In this document: one piece after another, positions 1 to 11,277 of the stretch
How the letters are laid out: each line of letters starts with the position of its first letter
Position numbering within the stretch: the stretch's first letter is position 1
Assembly: GCA_020536535.1 (NCBI GenBank)
Contig: JAHLWZ010000792.1
Location: forward strand, 1-64,000
Direction: 5' to 3'
Length of the DNA stretch: 64,000 nucleotides
Source of the DNA: Pelomyxa schiedti
Lineage: Eukaryota > Protista > Evosea
Program-made: the position numbers and the translations under genes
Notes under the pieces: model-generated
Seen by the model: only the letters and a program-made list of their open reading frames with translations
What the model was told of the DNA's origin: nothing
Databases searched by the model: none

Positions 1-3000
1 TGCACCAAGACGAAGAATAAACCACCGAAACACCTCCATGGGTATGTTTCACGACACATCTCTCGCGCCCTTTCTTTTTTTTTTTTGATTTAACCAACTC
101 GTGGTGGTTCATCGGTTGTTTAAAAAAAAAAAAAAACCAACCGTTTAACTCGCAACAACGGGGTTGTATTTATGACATCGTGGATAGATTTCGTGACTCA
201 TTCGGCTCGAGAAGGACACACTACACGTACGTGATATTCGACACTGCCGACGATGTACAAAAGGCTCGCGAAGATCACTCGTACGACTGGCTCACTAATG
301 AGCAGATGGAGAACGTGCCTCCTGCTTCAGAGGCATTCAAGGTCTGGCTCAGGGAAGCCCCAGAATCCAGCCGCTCCCGGCGTTTCCTGGAGCAGGTCCC
401 CCAGCAGAACACGGCCTCAGCTGCCCCTGCCCCTGCCCCTGCCCCTGCCCCTGCTCCTGCCCGCGCCCCCGCCCCCACCTCTGCCGCCCCACCAGAGCCG
501 CCGTTGGGCTGCATGGGCCCGATGCCACCGCCACAGTGGCCCCTGGTTCCCTCCCGCCGCCCCACCAGCGGCCCTGCCCAAACTCCCCGCCCCACCACCA
601 GCGCCCGCAGGGGCCCGCGGCCAGTAGATGCCCAGGAGAGGCCAACCACAACTTACAGCAGCACTGTCACTGACGCACTCAGCAAGAAGCGGAAGCGTAA
701 CAGCGACGATCTCGCTACTAGTGCTTTTACTGAGGAAAATACAACTACTTCCACTACTACTACTACTTGTACTCAAACTAATGGAACGCATGATGACAAC
801 AACACTCGTAGTGGAACTCACCGCCACAGTTCCAGCCACCACCATCATCAGTCTCGTCACAAGAGCCATCACCCCTCATCCACCAAGTCACGCCGTTCAT
901 CCCCCTCAAAATCCCAGAAAAAGGAAGAGTGTAACCAATCAGCCGCCAAGAAACAAAGAACCACAGTACCTCCTTCAAAGCACAAGCCACTCCCAGAGGT
1001 CGTTGTATTGTCTGATGATGCCGACCTTGGAGAAATCAACACCACTACTCCTACTGTACCCCATGCTCCACAAGCCTTGGTTGGTGGAATAGGGGAAAGG
1101 TTCCAGAGGACCTCTGTTTTTGAGGAAGCAGCATGGCCAGAATCCTTAATCGATGTAACGGGCACAATTATTAAGGGAGAGCAGCTTGGGTGTGGAACCT
1201 ATGGCACCGTTTATCGCGCTACAATTCTCAATATTCCATATGCAATAAAAGAGATTCCGCTAACTGGTCCTGGCTCCACTCCCCTCGAACAAATAATGTA
1301 CGAGGCAAAGTTGCTCCGTATGGCAGTCCATGTATATATCGTACCGTTGCTGTGTATGTGTTTTCTCCAACTTCACCTCTTTTTCATTCATTTCTGCAGA
1401 TGTATGTCAGACTACCGAGAGTGCTACTTTTGTAATGCCAGAGATGGCTTGTTCTTTGCATTCACTGATTGAAGACCCTGCTGGCATTCCCGGTGTGCCA
1501 AACGAATTTGTTTCTCATAACAAAGATGAATGGTTCTCAGCTATGTTACCTATTGCCCTGCAAACTGTTAGTTTCCTCCTCTACCTTCCTGCCTCTCTGC
1601 CTCCCTTTTTCATTCCTTTCTCACAAACACCGACAGGCACAAGCGCTGCAACATTTGCATGTAACAGTGAGAGCCCTTCACAGGTTCGGAGCAGTTAAAG
1701 ATAACCGACTTATTTTCACCACATGTAGGGACCTGAAGCCGAGCAACATACTGCTCCGTAGGGAACTTACGGGGTTCCAGGTTCAGGTAAGATTTTCCCC
1801 CAAAAAATTGACCCTAAATCAATGAATAGTTAGCTGATTTTGGGTTTGCCCGCCTACTCCCTGAGGGTAAAAACCACCTGGACAGTGATCTTAGCTTGGG
1901 CACAGGTATAGCACCTTTTTGATTTGGCGGTTTTGGAGGTTTAACATTTTCTTACAGTTAAATATATGCCGGGAGAAATGTTCCCATCTTCTTCAGCTGC
2001 TTCACCATCACAGGGTACATGCCAGGTAGTGGCAGGATCAACGGCTACCGACATGTAAGTTGGAAAAGGGGGAAGGAATTATGACTCAATGCTAACCTGT
2101 TTGTTTGTGTAACAGATTTTCTCTCGCAGTGACTTTTTTTAGAATGTTTACAAAGGAGCCGGTTTTTCCAGGCCTCACCGAGTATGCTATTATTGCTGCA
2201 GTACAAGCAGGCGTAATGCCTGACTTCCCGAAACATATGTGGGCGCCACAGGCAGTTGTGAGCAATTGAACCCCATTGTCCCCTTTCTTACGCACTTTAG
2301 GCTGCAGATATGAAGAAATTGATCAATGAGATGTGGCAAAAGGACGCCGTTATGAGACCCAACATCAATGCAGTAATTGACAAGTTGAAGGAAATTGCAC
2401 TCAAGGTATCCATCCCCGATGGGGTGGCCCTCCACTGGTGGAGGACCCGTTTCGGCCTTAGCATAGAAGTTCCGTGGCTGAACTTTGCAGCCAGCGTAAC
2501 CGCGACTTTTGCCCAGAAACCGGAATACATTGATGTGGTGCAGAGAACCCTCGGTACCACCAACCCTCAACAACACAAATCCTCACCACTCTTAGGCTTA
2601 GTACGTGACATTACAGCGAAGCAGTTCTACACCCTAATAGAATGCTTCGGGTTGTTCCCAGTAGACCATGCTCAGTTTATGGCTGTATGCACCACCAGGT
2701 TTCAAGCGTGCTCTAACAAACACCAACAGATGATAAGCCTCTGCAACCAGATATGGTTTGCTGGCTCTATGGGTGATAAGGAATTGTGCGGGATGCTGCA
2801 CAGTAATCCTGGTTCCTTCGTTGTGAGGAAGAGGGTAGAAGGGCCTCACAGAGTCTTCGAAATATGTTCAATACTTGACGGTTTATTCAAAGTCGAAGGG
2901 TAAGTTGCACCCCTACAAAAGAAACCCAACTCTAACACTCAGTGCAGGATTCACGGAAAACCCAGAGAAAGGTCGTACGAGCATGTACCCAGTGGAATCT

Positions 3001-3134
3001 GCTGTAAATCAATCACGGAACTGATGTGGACACTGAGGCACAACGGTTTAGTTGGAAGAGCATGTGGATTCGCCAATCCTTCCAGCTCGGATGATTGCAC
3101 GTCGCAGCTAACTTGTCCTGCCTACCCCTACTAG
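1..3134 (+). CDS. SHK-like TKL protein kinase with C-terminal SH2 domain (5' end outside window, multi-exon)
   Basis: Spliced kinase motifs GCGTYG, AIKEI, HR|DLKPSN (intron after 1683), LADFG and GT|VKYMPGE. These are followed by a WWRTRFG..VPWLNF linker and the SH2-like WFAGSM..PGSFVVR, as in Dictyostelium SHK kinases. The first exon is open from base 1 (GT donor at 42, acceptor at 187). Stop TAG at 3132-3134. Confidence 0.8.
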
Positions 3135-3425
3135 TTCGCAGTATAACGCATCACGCAACCAAACCCCGTCAGAAACATTGTAGGGAAAAAAGAAAAAGAG
3201 GAGGCCGAAACAGCCTCTTCCTCTTTTTTCCTTAAACATAGAAAAAAAGAACATTTAGACTTGCATAGAATAAAAAAATTTTGTTTACAATACAACTCTG
3301 TTCGTTTTTAGTGTGTGGGTAGTATAGGATACGGATTGTCCGAAATTCTGGCTATTGGGAAAGAAGTAAACACTCATGTAACTGCTTGTAGAAAACACTG
3401 AAGCCATGCTGAATCCATTAGTCTT

Positions 3426-3549
3426 ATTGGTCGTTTCAGTCAAAAACCAACCAGCCACACAAATAACAACCAAAACTATCATCAAAATCAAACGAAATGC
3501 ACTGGGTGTGCCCAGTGGATAAACTTGTTTTTTGACTGAAACGTCCAAT
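3426..3549. repeat. Inverted repeat with 25-bp arms and an internal hairpin (MITE-like or structured RNA)
   Basis: 3426-3450 ATTGGTCGTTTCAGTCAAAAACCAA matches the reverse complement of 3525-3549 at 23/25 positions. An internal hairpin CACTGGG-tgtg-CCCAGTG lies at 3500-3517. Confidence 0.7.
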
Positions 3550-3776
3550 GTACTATGCGCAGTTGCTTCTAATAGTTTTCGAAGGAAAGCAATAAAGGAA
3601 GCTATGTTGTAAGGGGCCCCTCTGGACTGTAGTAGTTGGCTTTCCTCGCCCCGTCCTAATCGCACAACCCCCTGCACCGGCGCAAGTCACCACATCACCG
3701 CGATGATTATGGGATGCGGGTGGTACCCAAGTAATTTCTTTTGATTACAAAAAGTCCAGATAGACAGGCGTTTTTC

Positions 3777-4931
3777 TTACAGTTTTAGTGAGGCAGAGGC
3801 AGTGTCAATGAGGACAGAGAGGAAGGTGACACCACTAAGTGCATCCATGATGCTGTAGAGACTCTGGTGAGGTGAAAACGTCACATTCCTTTTGGCAGTG
3901 AGCCCAGCTGCCAAGAGTGACGGCTGGCCTTCCATCGGCAAGGACTTGACCGAGTGCACAGGGCTCTCAAGGTCAGTGACGTGGTAAGCCAGCTGTTCAG
4001 AGTTGTCCAGCCTGCAAACAAAGAGGTGCTCATTGTCAATTTCGAAGGCAGAAAAGCTGGAGTCAAAGGTATGCATGTTCCCGGTTTCTGAATTGAACAG
4101 GGAGAATATCCAACTAGAGTCGCAGGTCAGACTGTAAACCGTGTTCCCAACAATGAAAGCACAATCCGGGCGAAACTTTGTGGGTACAGAGACAGGTTTC
4201 CCACAGAGAACCAACGCGTTTTCTTTGTAAGTCCGTGGCACATCAACACGCTGAAGGGTGCTCCCATCCGCCGTCTTTTGGAAAAGAACTGCAGTGTCAC
4301 CCCTCAGTGACACCAGCTCTCTTGCCGGCTCTATTGGAGGAAGGCTCCTCCCCGCCTGAGGCACGCCCCCAATCACCTTCCATATCTCGAGCGAAGCCAG
4401 CCCAGACAGCAGAATCCACGACGAGTTGCACAGCGGGTCGTGGTAGATCCCGCCGAACCTCACGCAAAACAGGCTGGCGCTCGTGTCCGCCGACGCCGCG
4501 CCCCCGCAGCTCTCCCTGTCAACAACAAAGAGCTCCAAGCTGGCCTCCACGAGCCTGTCGGCCAGGAACCTCCCGCGGCCGATCGTCCCGTGCACGGTCA
4601 CGCCCGCGGGGGGGCCGCCGCCGAGGCCCCAGTCCACCGCGACCACGCCCAGCGTCACGGACACGCACAGCGACGCCGACACGCGGGCCTGGCCCTCGGC
4701 GTCGCCCTCGAGCGTGAACCACACGCGCTTGTGCGGGGCCACGACCCACTCGCGGCCAAAGTCGCTCAGCCACCCGCTGATGCACCCGGGGCCACACGCA
4801 CCGGTCAGCCGGACTGGGCTGTTACGTGACGTCCTGGAGACCGTGGCTCCTGCGGCCAGGGCTAAAAACTGGTTCTTTGCTGTGACCACCGCCTCGACAG
4901 TCACTCGCACACTCGAGGCGGCTTGTCTCAT
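3777..4931 (-). CDS. Intronless hypothetical protein (384 aa), lineage-specific family, paralog of 11278-12975
   Basis: Uninterrupted ATG-TAA ORF that shares ordered motifs with 11278-12975: AKNQFLALAAG/AKDQFVTLACG, FGREWVV/IGKRWVM, TLGVV/TLGLL, CNSSWILL/CNESWILL, DNEHL/DESHL, DALSG/DVATG. Confidence 0.8.
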   Translation of the reverse strand: MRQAASSVRVTVEAVVTAKNQFLALAAGATVSRTSRNSPVRLTGACGPGCISGWLSDFGREWVVAPHKRVWFTLEGDAEGQARVSASLCVSVTLGVVAVDWGLGGGPPAGVTVHGTIGRGRFLADRLVEASLELFVVDRESCGGAASADTSASLFCVRFGGIYHDPLCNSSWILLSGLASLEIWKVIGGVPQAGRSLPPIEPARELVSLRGDTAVLFQKTADGSTLQRVDVPRTYKENALVLCGKPVSVPTKFRPDCAFIVGNTVYSLTCDSSWIFSLFNSETGNMHTFDSSFSAFEIDNEHLFVCRLDNSEQLAYHVTDLESPVHSVKSLPMEGQPSLLAAGLTAKRNVTFSPHQSLYSIMDALSGVTFLSVLIDTASASLKL

Positions 4932-4996
4932 TGGCGAATAAAATAATCAACAGACCGGAATGTCGAGTCCTCGCCCGAGGATCGGTGTTTTTTTTA
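4932..4996. repeat. Degenerate copy of the palindromic element at 32687-32777
   Basis: 4936-4960 GAATAAAATAATCAACAGACCGGAA is identical to 32692-32716. GGTGTTTTTTTTA at 4984-4996 is also shared with 32757-32769. Confidence 0.75.
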
Positions 4997-5444
4997 AACC
5001 GGTCGGTGTGACCTGTAATCAGCTACTTGTTTATACTGACCCAAAAAAAAAAAAACCAAATTGATGGTGCTGTGCACCAAATTGGTGGTGAATGGCTGTG
5101 GCTGGTGATAGTGGTGTCGGTTAGATGATCTTATCTGTTGGTTGGGCCTGGGTTAGCTGGCGCAGCTTTTTTTTTGGTGACTCCATTACTTTGATTTATT
5201 GGACTCAGCTCAGCAGACTGGACTGGCTAACCATAATCATTAGTTTTTATGAAGACTGGGTCTGATTAGCCTTGCTTTGCTGTGGCTCCTTTGATTATTG
5301 TGGATTAGCTTTTCTTTTCTATCAATGTGTTCCACTATGGCAACCCCCAGCAGGACCTGACCGGCCATTCCCTAATCAATGAAATGATTGAAATGATTGA
5401 AAAAGAGACTCCATTTTTTCTGTATTTCTCACTGTTTTTGGAGT

Positions 5445-6727
5445 TTAAAAGGATATTGGCACCCAGTGAGCTGTTACAGACTTCAAGCAGGTCACAGAAC
5501 CACCCCAAGCAGTTGTTGTGTCCATTGTGAGGTTTCCAAGCATATGGCCTGGTGGTGCTCTGAAAGAGAAGGGGCAGCCATCGTGGTTTTGCCCATCAGC
5601 ACCACCAGCACTTGGAGTTGTCCGTTGGTTGGTTGCCAGTATAAGTAAAACAAGTACATTGCACACACGCCCACAGACCTCCACAATATATTCACCTGGA
5701 CGGAGCTGCAGGTCAATTTTGAGACCACCACCTGGCCCTCCTACTTTGTTGACACCATCTGTGGTTGCAACCTTTTTTGGTAATAATTAAATTAATTTAA
5801 TAAGTTATTAAAATGAGAGGTCACCTCAATAGAATCCACCAGCCAACCACCCCATGCACGAACAGATGTTATCTTGGTTTGAGACCCAATATCAAGTGGA
5901 TCTTCAGCACCATCCCCATCTGTAAACATACACTCATTGAAATTGTTAGATGGAATCTCAGAACGAAGAACACGGCCCCCTCCACATGATCCTTGCACCC
6001 ATGTACGTTGTTGCACTGTTGAGGATACTGCTGGCAGCACAACCTCAGGCTGTACATTGAATGAGCAGGCTGAACAAAAAGTAAGACATACTGGTGGCTG
6101 GAAGGCAGGATTAATCCACACATTAACAATATGCCCTTCGTGATCAAACTCTCGGGCTAAGCGAATGTATTCTCGTCGAATTCCCCCAGGAAAAGCAACC
6201 TCCCGTTGGTTACAATATTGGTGTTGGCCAAGTGTGGCATTCACGTCAATTCCCCCTGGTGCATAAATCTCGTATTCAAATGTGTTGGTCCTGGTGCAAA
6301 TTTAAGGGCAGTTCTACTTTTAATTTTAAAGAGTGCACCTGTTTCGGGGTTGCCAGCGGCGAGCTTGGCCATTCACATTGTAATATCTGGCTGTGCTAAC
6401 AAACACAGAGGGTGTATTTTCAGCAACAAACTGGCTCAGATTGAGGGCGTCGCTGTGAGGGTCATTTTGAATTTCATCCGCCTCCTCCTGAGGCACAAAA
6501 CCCATTGCGAAGATTGTGTCCGGGTTTCTTCGGTCCCATCGCACAAGTCGCTCAGCTTGCCTTGGGACAACACGTTGCCCGTTTCTATCGCGATAGTCCG
6601 GGACCGTTTCAGTACGAAACCGGACACCAGGGAAGTATATCGGTACTCGTGACCGTTCAAGCCGAAAAAGCCAAAGGACAACAGCAGCCAGGAAAGCCGG
6701 GTCCCCATTTGGTCCGTTAGCACTCAT
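5445..6727 (-). CDS. Pierisin/CARP/scabin-type ADP-ribosyltransferase fused to a C-terminal jacalin-like lectin domain (379 aa, 4 exons)
   Basis: Exons 6727-6339, 6290-6092, 6049-5825 and 5771-5445 join through GT-AG introns into 1140 nt in frame. ART motifs: RLVRWDRRNPDTIFAMGF, PSVFVSTAR, YEIYAPGGIDVNATL, NQREVAFPGGI, WINPAF. C-terminal jacalin-like pattern: FTDG..KITSVRAWGGWLVDSIEV..VGGPGG..LRPGEYIVEVCGR..LATNQRT..FSFRAP. Confidence 0.88.
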
Positions 6728-6976
6728 GGCTTTTCTTTTTGTAGGTACTTTTCCCCATTTTTTTTCTTTTGAACCGACATCCACTAAGTTCATGGTCAAC
6801 GCAACTTTCACACATTGGCACAGGCATTCCTTGACACGGCAAGCAATTCCGGTTTGATCCTTTGAACTTGTTGCAAGAAGGTGCTGGCTACAAAGAGCTG
6901 GAGGAGTGGTGTGATTTGTCCCACAGTTATGCCCTTTCTCTGTGATTCATCGCGAATTAGAACTAGAAATAGAGAA

Positions 6977-8210
6977 ATGAAGCGCCAATCTAAGCTAACC
7001 CTGACGGTGCAACGGAGGGTCCGGGAGGTTGCTGTCAATCGCCTGACGGCGATTTTGTACTACAGCCATGGCCAAGAGGTTGCATGTGTCACAGAGATTG
7101 GGTCTTGTGTGGGATGAGAGCCATCCTCTTGTTTTTGTTTGACACTTTCAATCGCGACTGGTGTTTGCGATTTTCATCGCGAAAAAAAGTGTAAAAAATT
7201 CGTGAAACAGGCAATACCACAACGAAGGAAAAGATGCTGCTGCCGAAAAATTACATAGGTAATTTGCTTGTGTAATTTTGTAGAACATTTGCATTTATTA
7301 CCCCCTAACAGCCTTGTAGGGAATTTTCTTGCTTAAGTTGTCCAAGGTTAAAAGTGCAACTCCAGGTTTATCAGTTGCTGTGGAACGGTATCAATACCAC
7401 CTAGAGCTGAAATCTGTTGTCTGGAGGGCAGAATTGTTTTTACAGATGACATTTGATTCTGGTGATATTACCAAGAGGTTGGAGGAATGACTTATTATTA
7501 TTTATTTGTTAATTAAAAAACAGAATGGGAAATTATGGCTACTCTCCAATAAATGAGCGACTTCCCACAACAGCCCAGCTTGTGCACCTCCCTGTTCCAA
7601 AATATGGCCAGGTACTGCCAATTATCTTCTTGTATTCATACCGATTTAGATCGAAGTCATTGCAGCCATAGGAGTTGTGCAGCCTGGGCCTATGCCATAC
7701 GGAAGCGTGGGAGATATTGGAGCATAGATTTTTTCTTTCAAAAGGCCGGCTGGACAAGGAAGAGAAAGTCCAGTTTTATACCCATGTGTTACCTTGTCAT
7801 CTGTCCCCACATCCTGGTAACTTCAACATCCTCCATAATGTCTCGCTAACAGTGTTGTGGTATTAGATAATATGCCCCAGCACAGACAACAAACACCAGA
7901 GATTGCTTCTGCAATATCAGCAGCTGGAAGCTTTATTGCATGGAATCACCCCCAGTCCCCAGACCTAAATTTAATTGAGAAGTTCTGGGATGTGGTTTCA
8001 AGTCGAATCACACAGTTGCACTTGGAATTACTGACAGGTCCTACTTGGTTCTACTTCATTCATGATCTAACTTTGCCGGGAACAGGTGAGTATGGAGTGC
8101 GGCGATGTGCGGATGTTGACGATCTAATATTCTGCTTGGAAACAACACGGATGTCACGCCATTGGGTTAGATTGGCTTCACCAAAACAACTTTGGGACTC
8201 ACACTTTTAA
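6977..8210 (+). mobile_element. Degenerate IS630/Tc1/mariner-superfamily transposase (DD36E spacing)
   Basis: HTH-like start RLTAILYYSHGQEVACVTEIG and KIRETG near 7197. First catalytic D in RIVFTDD near 7445 is followed by an in-frame TGA. The C-terminal core VLDNMPQH..HPQSPDLNLIEKFW has 36 residues between D and E. Stops and frameshifts are present and no TIRs were found. Confidence 0.72.
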
Positions 8211-8334
8211 TTTTTTTGGGTCTTTGGATCTTGCCATGTGATGCTCCTCAGACGCTGGAAAGACCACGAAACTGTAGAATGTGTCTGGTCCCGATGTGGT
8301 CCCAAACTTGTAAAAAAAAAGACTTTTTTCCCCA

Positions 8335-9866
8335 TCACAAGTTTTGGTTTTCATGGTATTGTGTGGAATGGGGAGGTTCTTGTGGGCCTTGTAGACAGTC
8401 AGGCGAGTGGGGAGAGGCAATGGGAGTGCCAGAAGATGGGAGGGATCCAGAAGAGCTATTGGGGGGACCATTATGGGGCAGGAGGGAACTGGGAGGTAAG
8501 TACAAGCCAGGAGAGATGAAGGAGCTAAAAGAGCCGGAAGGGGAAGAATAGGAGCCTGAAGCCACAGTAGAGCCAGAAGGGGAAGAATAAGAGCTGGAAG
8601 ATAAAGAATTGGAGCCGGAAGGCAAAGAATTGGAGCCGGAAGGCAAAGAATTGGAGCTGGAAGGGGAATAAGAGCCGGGAGAGGCTGGGAAAGAGCTGGG
8701 AGGTCCCAGGAAGGAGCGAGGAGAGGCTGGGATGTAGCTTGGGGAAAAGCCAAGAGGAAAAGGGGTGTATGGAGCTGGACTGAAATAAGCAGTAGGAGAG
8801 GACGGTTGATAGCTGGTAGGTTTGTTGTGAGAGGAGCCTGACTGATGCTTTGCAAACTGGGAGGAGCTGGTACAACAATGGGAACCAACAGAAGCAGGTG
8901 ATGTTGTACAGCTCGTGGGAGGAGTCATATTCTGCTCTGCTTGACCTGGGAGGCACAAGCTTGTTGTATGGGTAACATAGACACTTGTTGTGGGGGAAGT
9001 GGAAGACATGAAACGGGAGCCGATAAGAGGGTGTATTCTGCACTGACTGAAGTTGACAACCACTGGGACTTGAAGGGCTTGCCAGGGGTTCTGGTGTTAC
9101 CACTGGAGTCTCAATTTGTGGAGAAGACACCAGGGAGGAAGAAGGAGGCAACAATTGTGATGGAGGAGGAAGCAGTGCTTGCATTTGTGGATTCTGTTCC
9201 TGTGCAGCAACCCACTCTCGAACCAACTGAGAAACATGTGCATAAAACACATTCATGAACTCCCCACGGTTTGGGAGATTAACAGTCACTGTTGTGTAAG
9301 GCCCACCAAACTGTTCTGAATAACCAGTTGTTTCCTTGTGTGGTGCCGAAAAAGATTCCTGACAGTTTTGCAAGACTCCTTGCCAGCAGAATGTACGTCT
9401 TTTCGAGTGAGGGCCTGGAAAGTCTTGAGGAAGGACAATAGCATTGACAGAACTTACCATTTTCACCTTCTTCTCTGTCTTTACTCCTTTTCTCTGCTTT
9501 CATTCAAAACTAAAGAGGGGGAGAGCTACCAGGACTTTTCAAATAAGCAGCAACCCGGTTTGCTGAACAGTTTGCAGGCAAGGTGGGAACAACAGTCTCT
9601 CCAATAGGGACACTCAAAGCAACTTCAATGTCACAGCATGAGTGGTTTTTTTCTTCCATTTTCGATATTAGAGTTTCCCTTAGAGATGTCCTACCACACA
9701 GTCAAAGGATCAAATGAGAGTGATAAAAAATTACACACTTATTATGGACCAAGTTGGCAGATGCATCAAGCCGTTCATCATGTGTGGACTTGATGTGATC
9801 TGCAAAGAAACCACACTTTGAACAGCAATAAGGGTTTCTACGTTTGGTGGGTTGGTTGTGTGCCAT
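8335..9866 (-). CDS. Putative gene or pseudogene convergent on the transposase, with N-terminal CxxC..H..H motif and Ser/Pro-rich C-terminus
   Basis: ATG at 9866 gives MAHNQPTKRRNPYCCSKCGFFADHIKSTH. Long ORFs 9466-8525 and 9063-8335 overlap in different frames, so a frameshift or intron near 9050 is needed. The gene model is uncertain. Confidence 0.4.
8530..8690. repeat. 21-bp tandem repeat encoding Ser/Pro heptads on the minus strand
   Basis: Exact copies of GGAGCCGGAAGGCAAAGAATT at 8611-8631 and 8632-8652, with degenerate copies on both sides. Encodes NSLPSGS-like heptads. Confidence 0.85.
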
Positions 9867-11277
9867 GACTCAGCCCAACAGAAAGTGTTTTGTGCAGGCT
9901 AAGAACAAATTACTTGAATGAGTTAGATTTGTGCCTTTATAACATGTAGCTTTTCACTTTCTTCGGTGACTCGTTTTCTGCCACAATTTGTGCTGTATAG
10001 TTTTGTTGTTTGCACTCGATTCACAGCCACAACATGCAAGTTTTGTCATTATTCGTTGCTGTGCTTCTGGGTCACCCTTCACTTCATTCACCACCCGATC
10101 GCCGCTGTTCGTTACCATTGCAGCATAAATCGACCCGTTTTCCTATAAAAATTTTGGAAACTAGTGCAAATGTTTGCCCCTGAAAACAAGTTTAAGTTTT
10201 TTCAGGACACATTTAGAGTTTGTTTAACCGGTTTTCGAGTTGGTTGTTTCCCCGTAAGAGGGTTGGAGAACCTAAGAGGACCGACCATACATTTGTATTG
10301 CAGAAAACACTGAAATAAGGTACAACGTGCAGGCCGCAGCAATAAACCCACTTTGGGTGATGGTATCTGCCAGTACACATGTTAGATTGCGTGGTGTTGT
10401 GGAATGGAAGGTGAATTATATGTTGCAGACTTAGACACACCAATGCCGTTTAGAAGCAGTCCCCACCAGGAGGAAGATGTCTCCGAGTGCCTGAAGGATG
10501 GCATCTGATTCAGATTCCGGCCCGGTGCTACAGGAGTCAAAGTTGGTGTAGTGCTCATTTCTGCTGTGTTAATGCTGCTCTCTTTGTGGATTGGGGGGTG
10601 TACGTGGTCAACGCCGTGCACTGTCACTGATGGATCTGGTTTTTGCCTGTATTCTGTATGCCGTTCTTCTTGAACTGGTGGTTCCGCAGTTTGTTTCTCC
10701 CCCTTCTCCATTGAGTGCTCAGGTTGGACTTTTGTGACAACATCGGCGAGTCCTTTGTCTCCTGGGTGTGTAGTTTTTAAAATTTAATGAACAGTATTTC
10801 CTTTTTGCGCGGACCTGTCTGCTCTTCTTCTTTTTTCTGTGGTGGCAGAGGAGCATACCGCGATGGGCTTTGTGACATGGGTTCATCCTCACGCATGGGT
10901 GGAGGAATTAGCTCTGTTGTTCCAGCAACAATTAGGTCCCTCTCTCTGTAGTGCACAACTGACTCATTTGTATGAATTAGCACATCGTGAGTGGGTTATA
11001 AGAACAACAGTAATGCCATTATTGGGAAAGTAGTTGCTATCTGGCTGCCTGTATGTGCACTGGAAAAAACTACTCAGTCCTGTTGAAGTTACCAGTTAGT
11101 AATTCTAAAACCAAACCAACGCAGCCGTTCGTGAGGTGAGAACAACTACACAAACTAAGAACTAACAATTACTTATGGGACAACACAACGAACCAGCTAT
11201 GACGACCAACGTGCGGAACCAAAGGCCAGCATCAAGCACCATCACCCAATAAACCCCGCCTTGATTTATCCGAAAAG

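Noticed and set aside
421-475. Hexamer repeats GCCCCT (and CTGTCA at about 31140-31210)
   Set aside because: Simple coding repeats (Pro-Ala, Ser-Asp) in low-complexity linkers, not arrays.
3285-3677. 130-aa minus-strand ORF
   Set aside because: Non-ATG start, no recognisable motif, and it overlaps inverted repeats.
5001-5030. CCTGTAATCAGCTACT resembling the SRP RNA/Alu domain
   Set aside because: Short match with no SRP helix 8 motif downstream.
7061-7085. TA-CAGCCATGGCCAAGAGG resembling a Tc1 terminal inverted repeat
   Set aside because: No inverted partner was found, and it lies within the HTH-like coding part of the transposase (YYSHGQEV).
10742-10775. ATCG..CCTTTG..GTGTAGT as the missing 5' part of U2
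   Set aside because: Only scattered matches. It lacks GGCTAAGATCAA and stem I pairing.
10382-10983. Two minus-strand ORF fragments (109 and 68 aa)
   Set aside because: Protein-like composition but upstream in-frame stops and no coherent gene model. At most a decayed gene.
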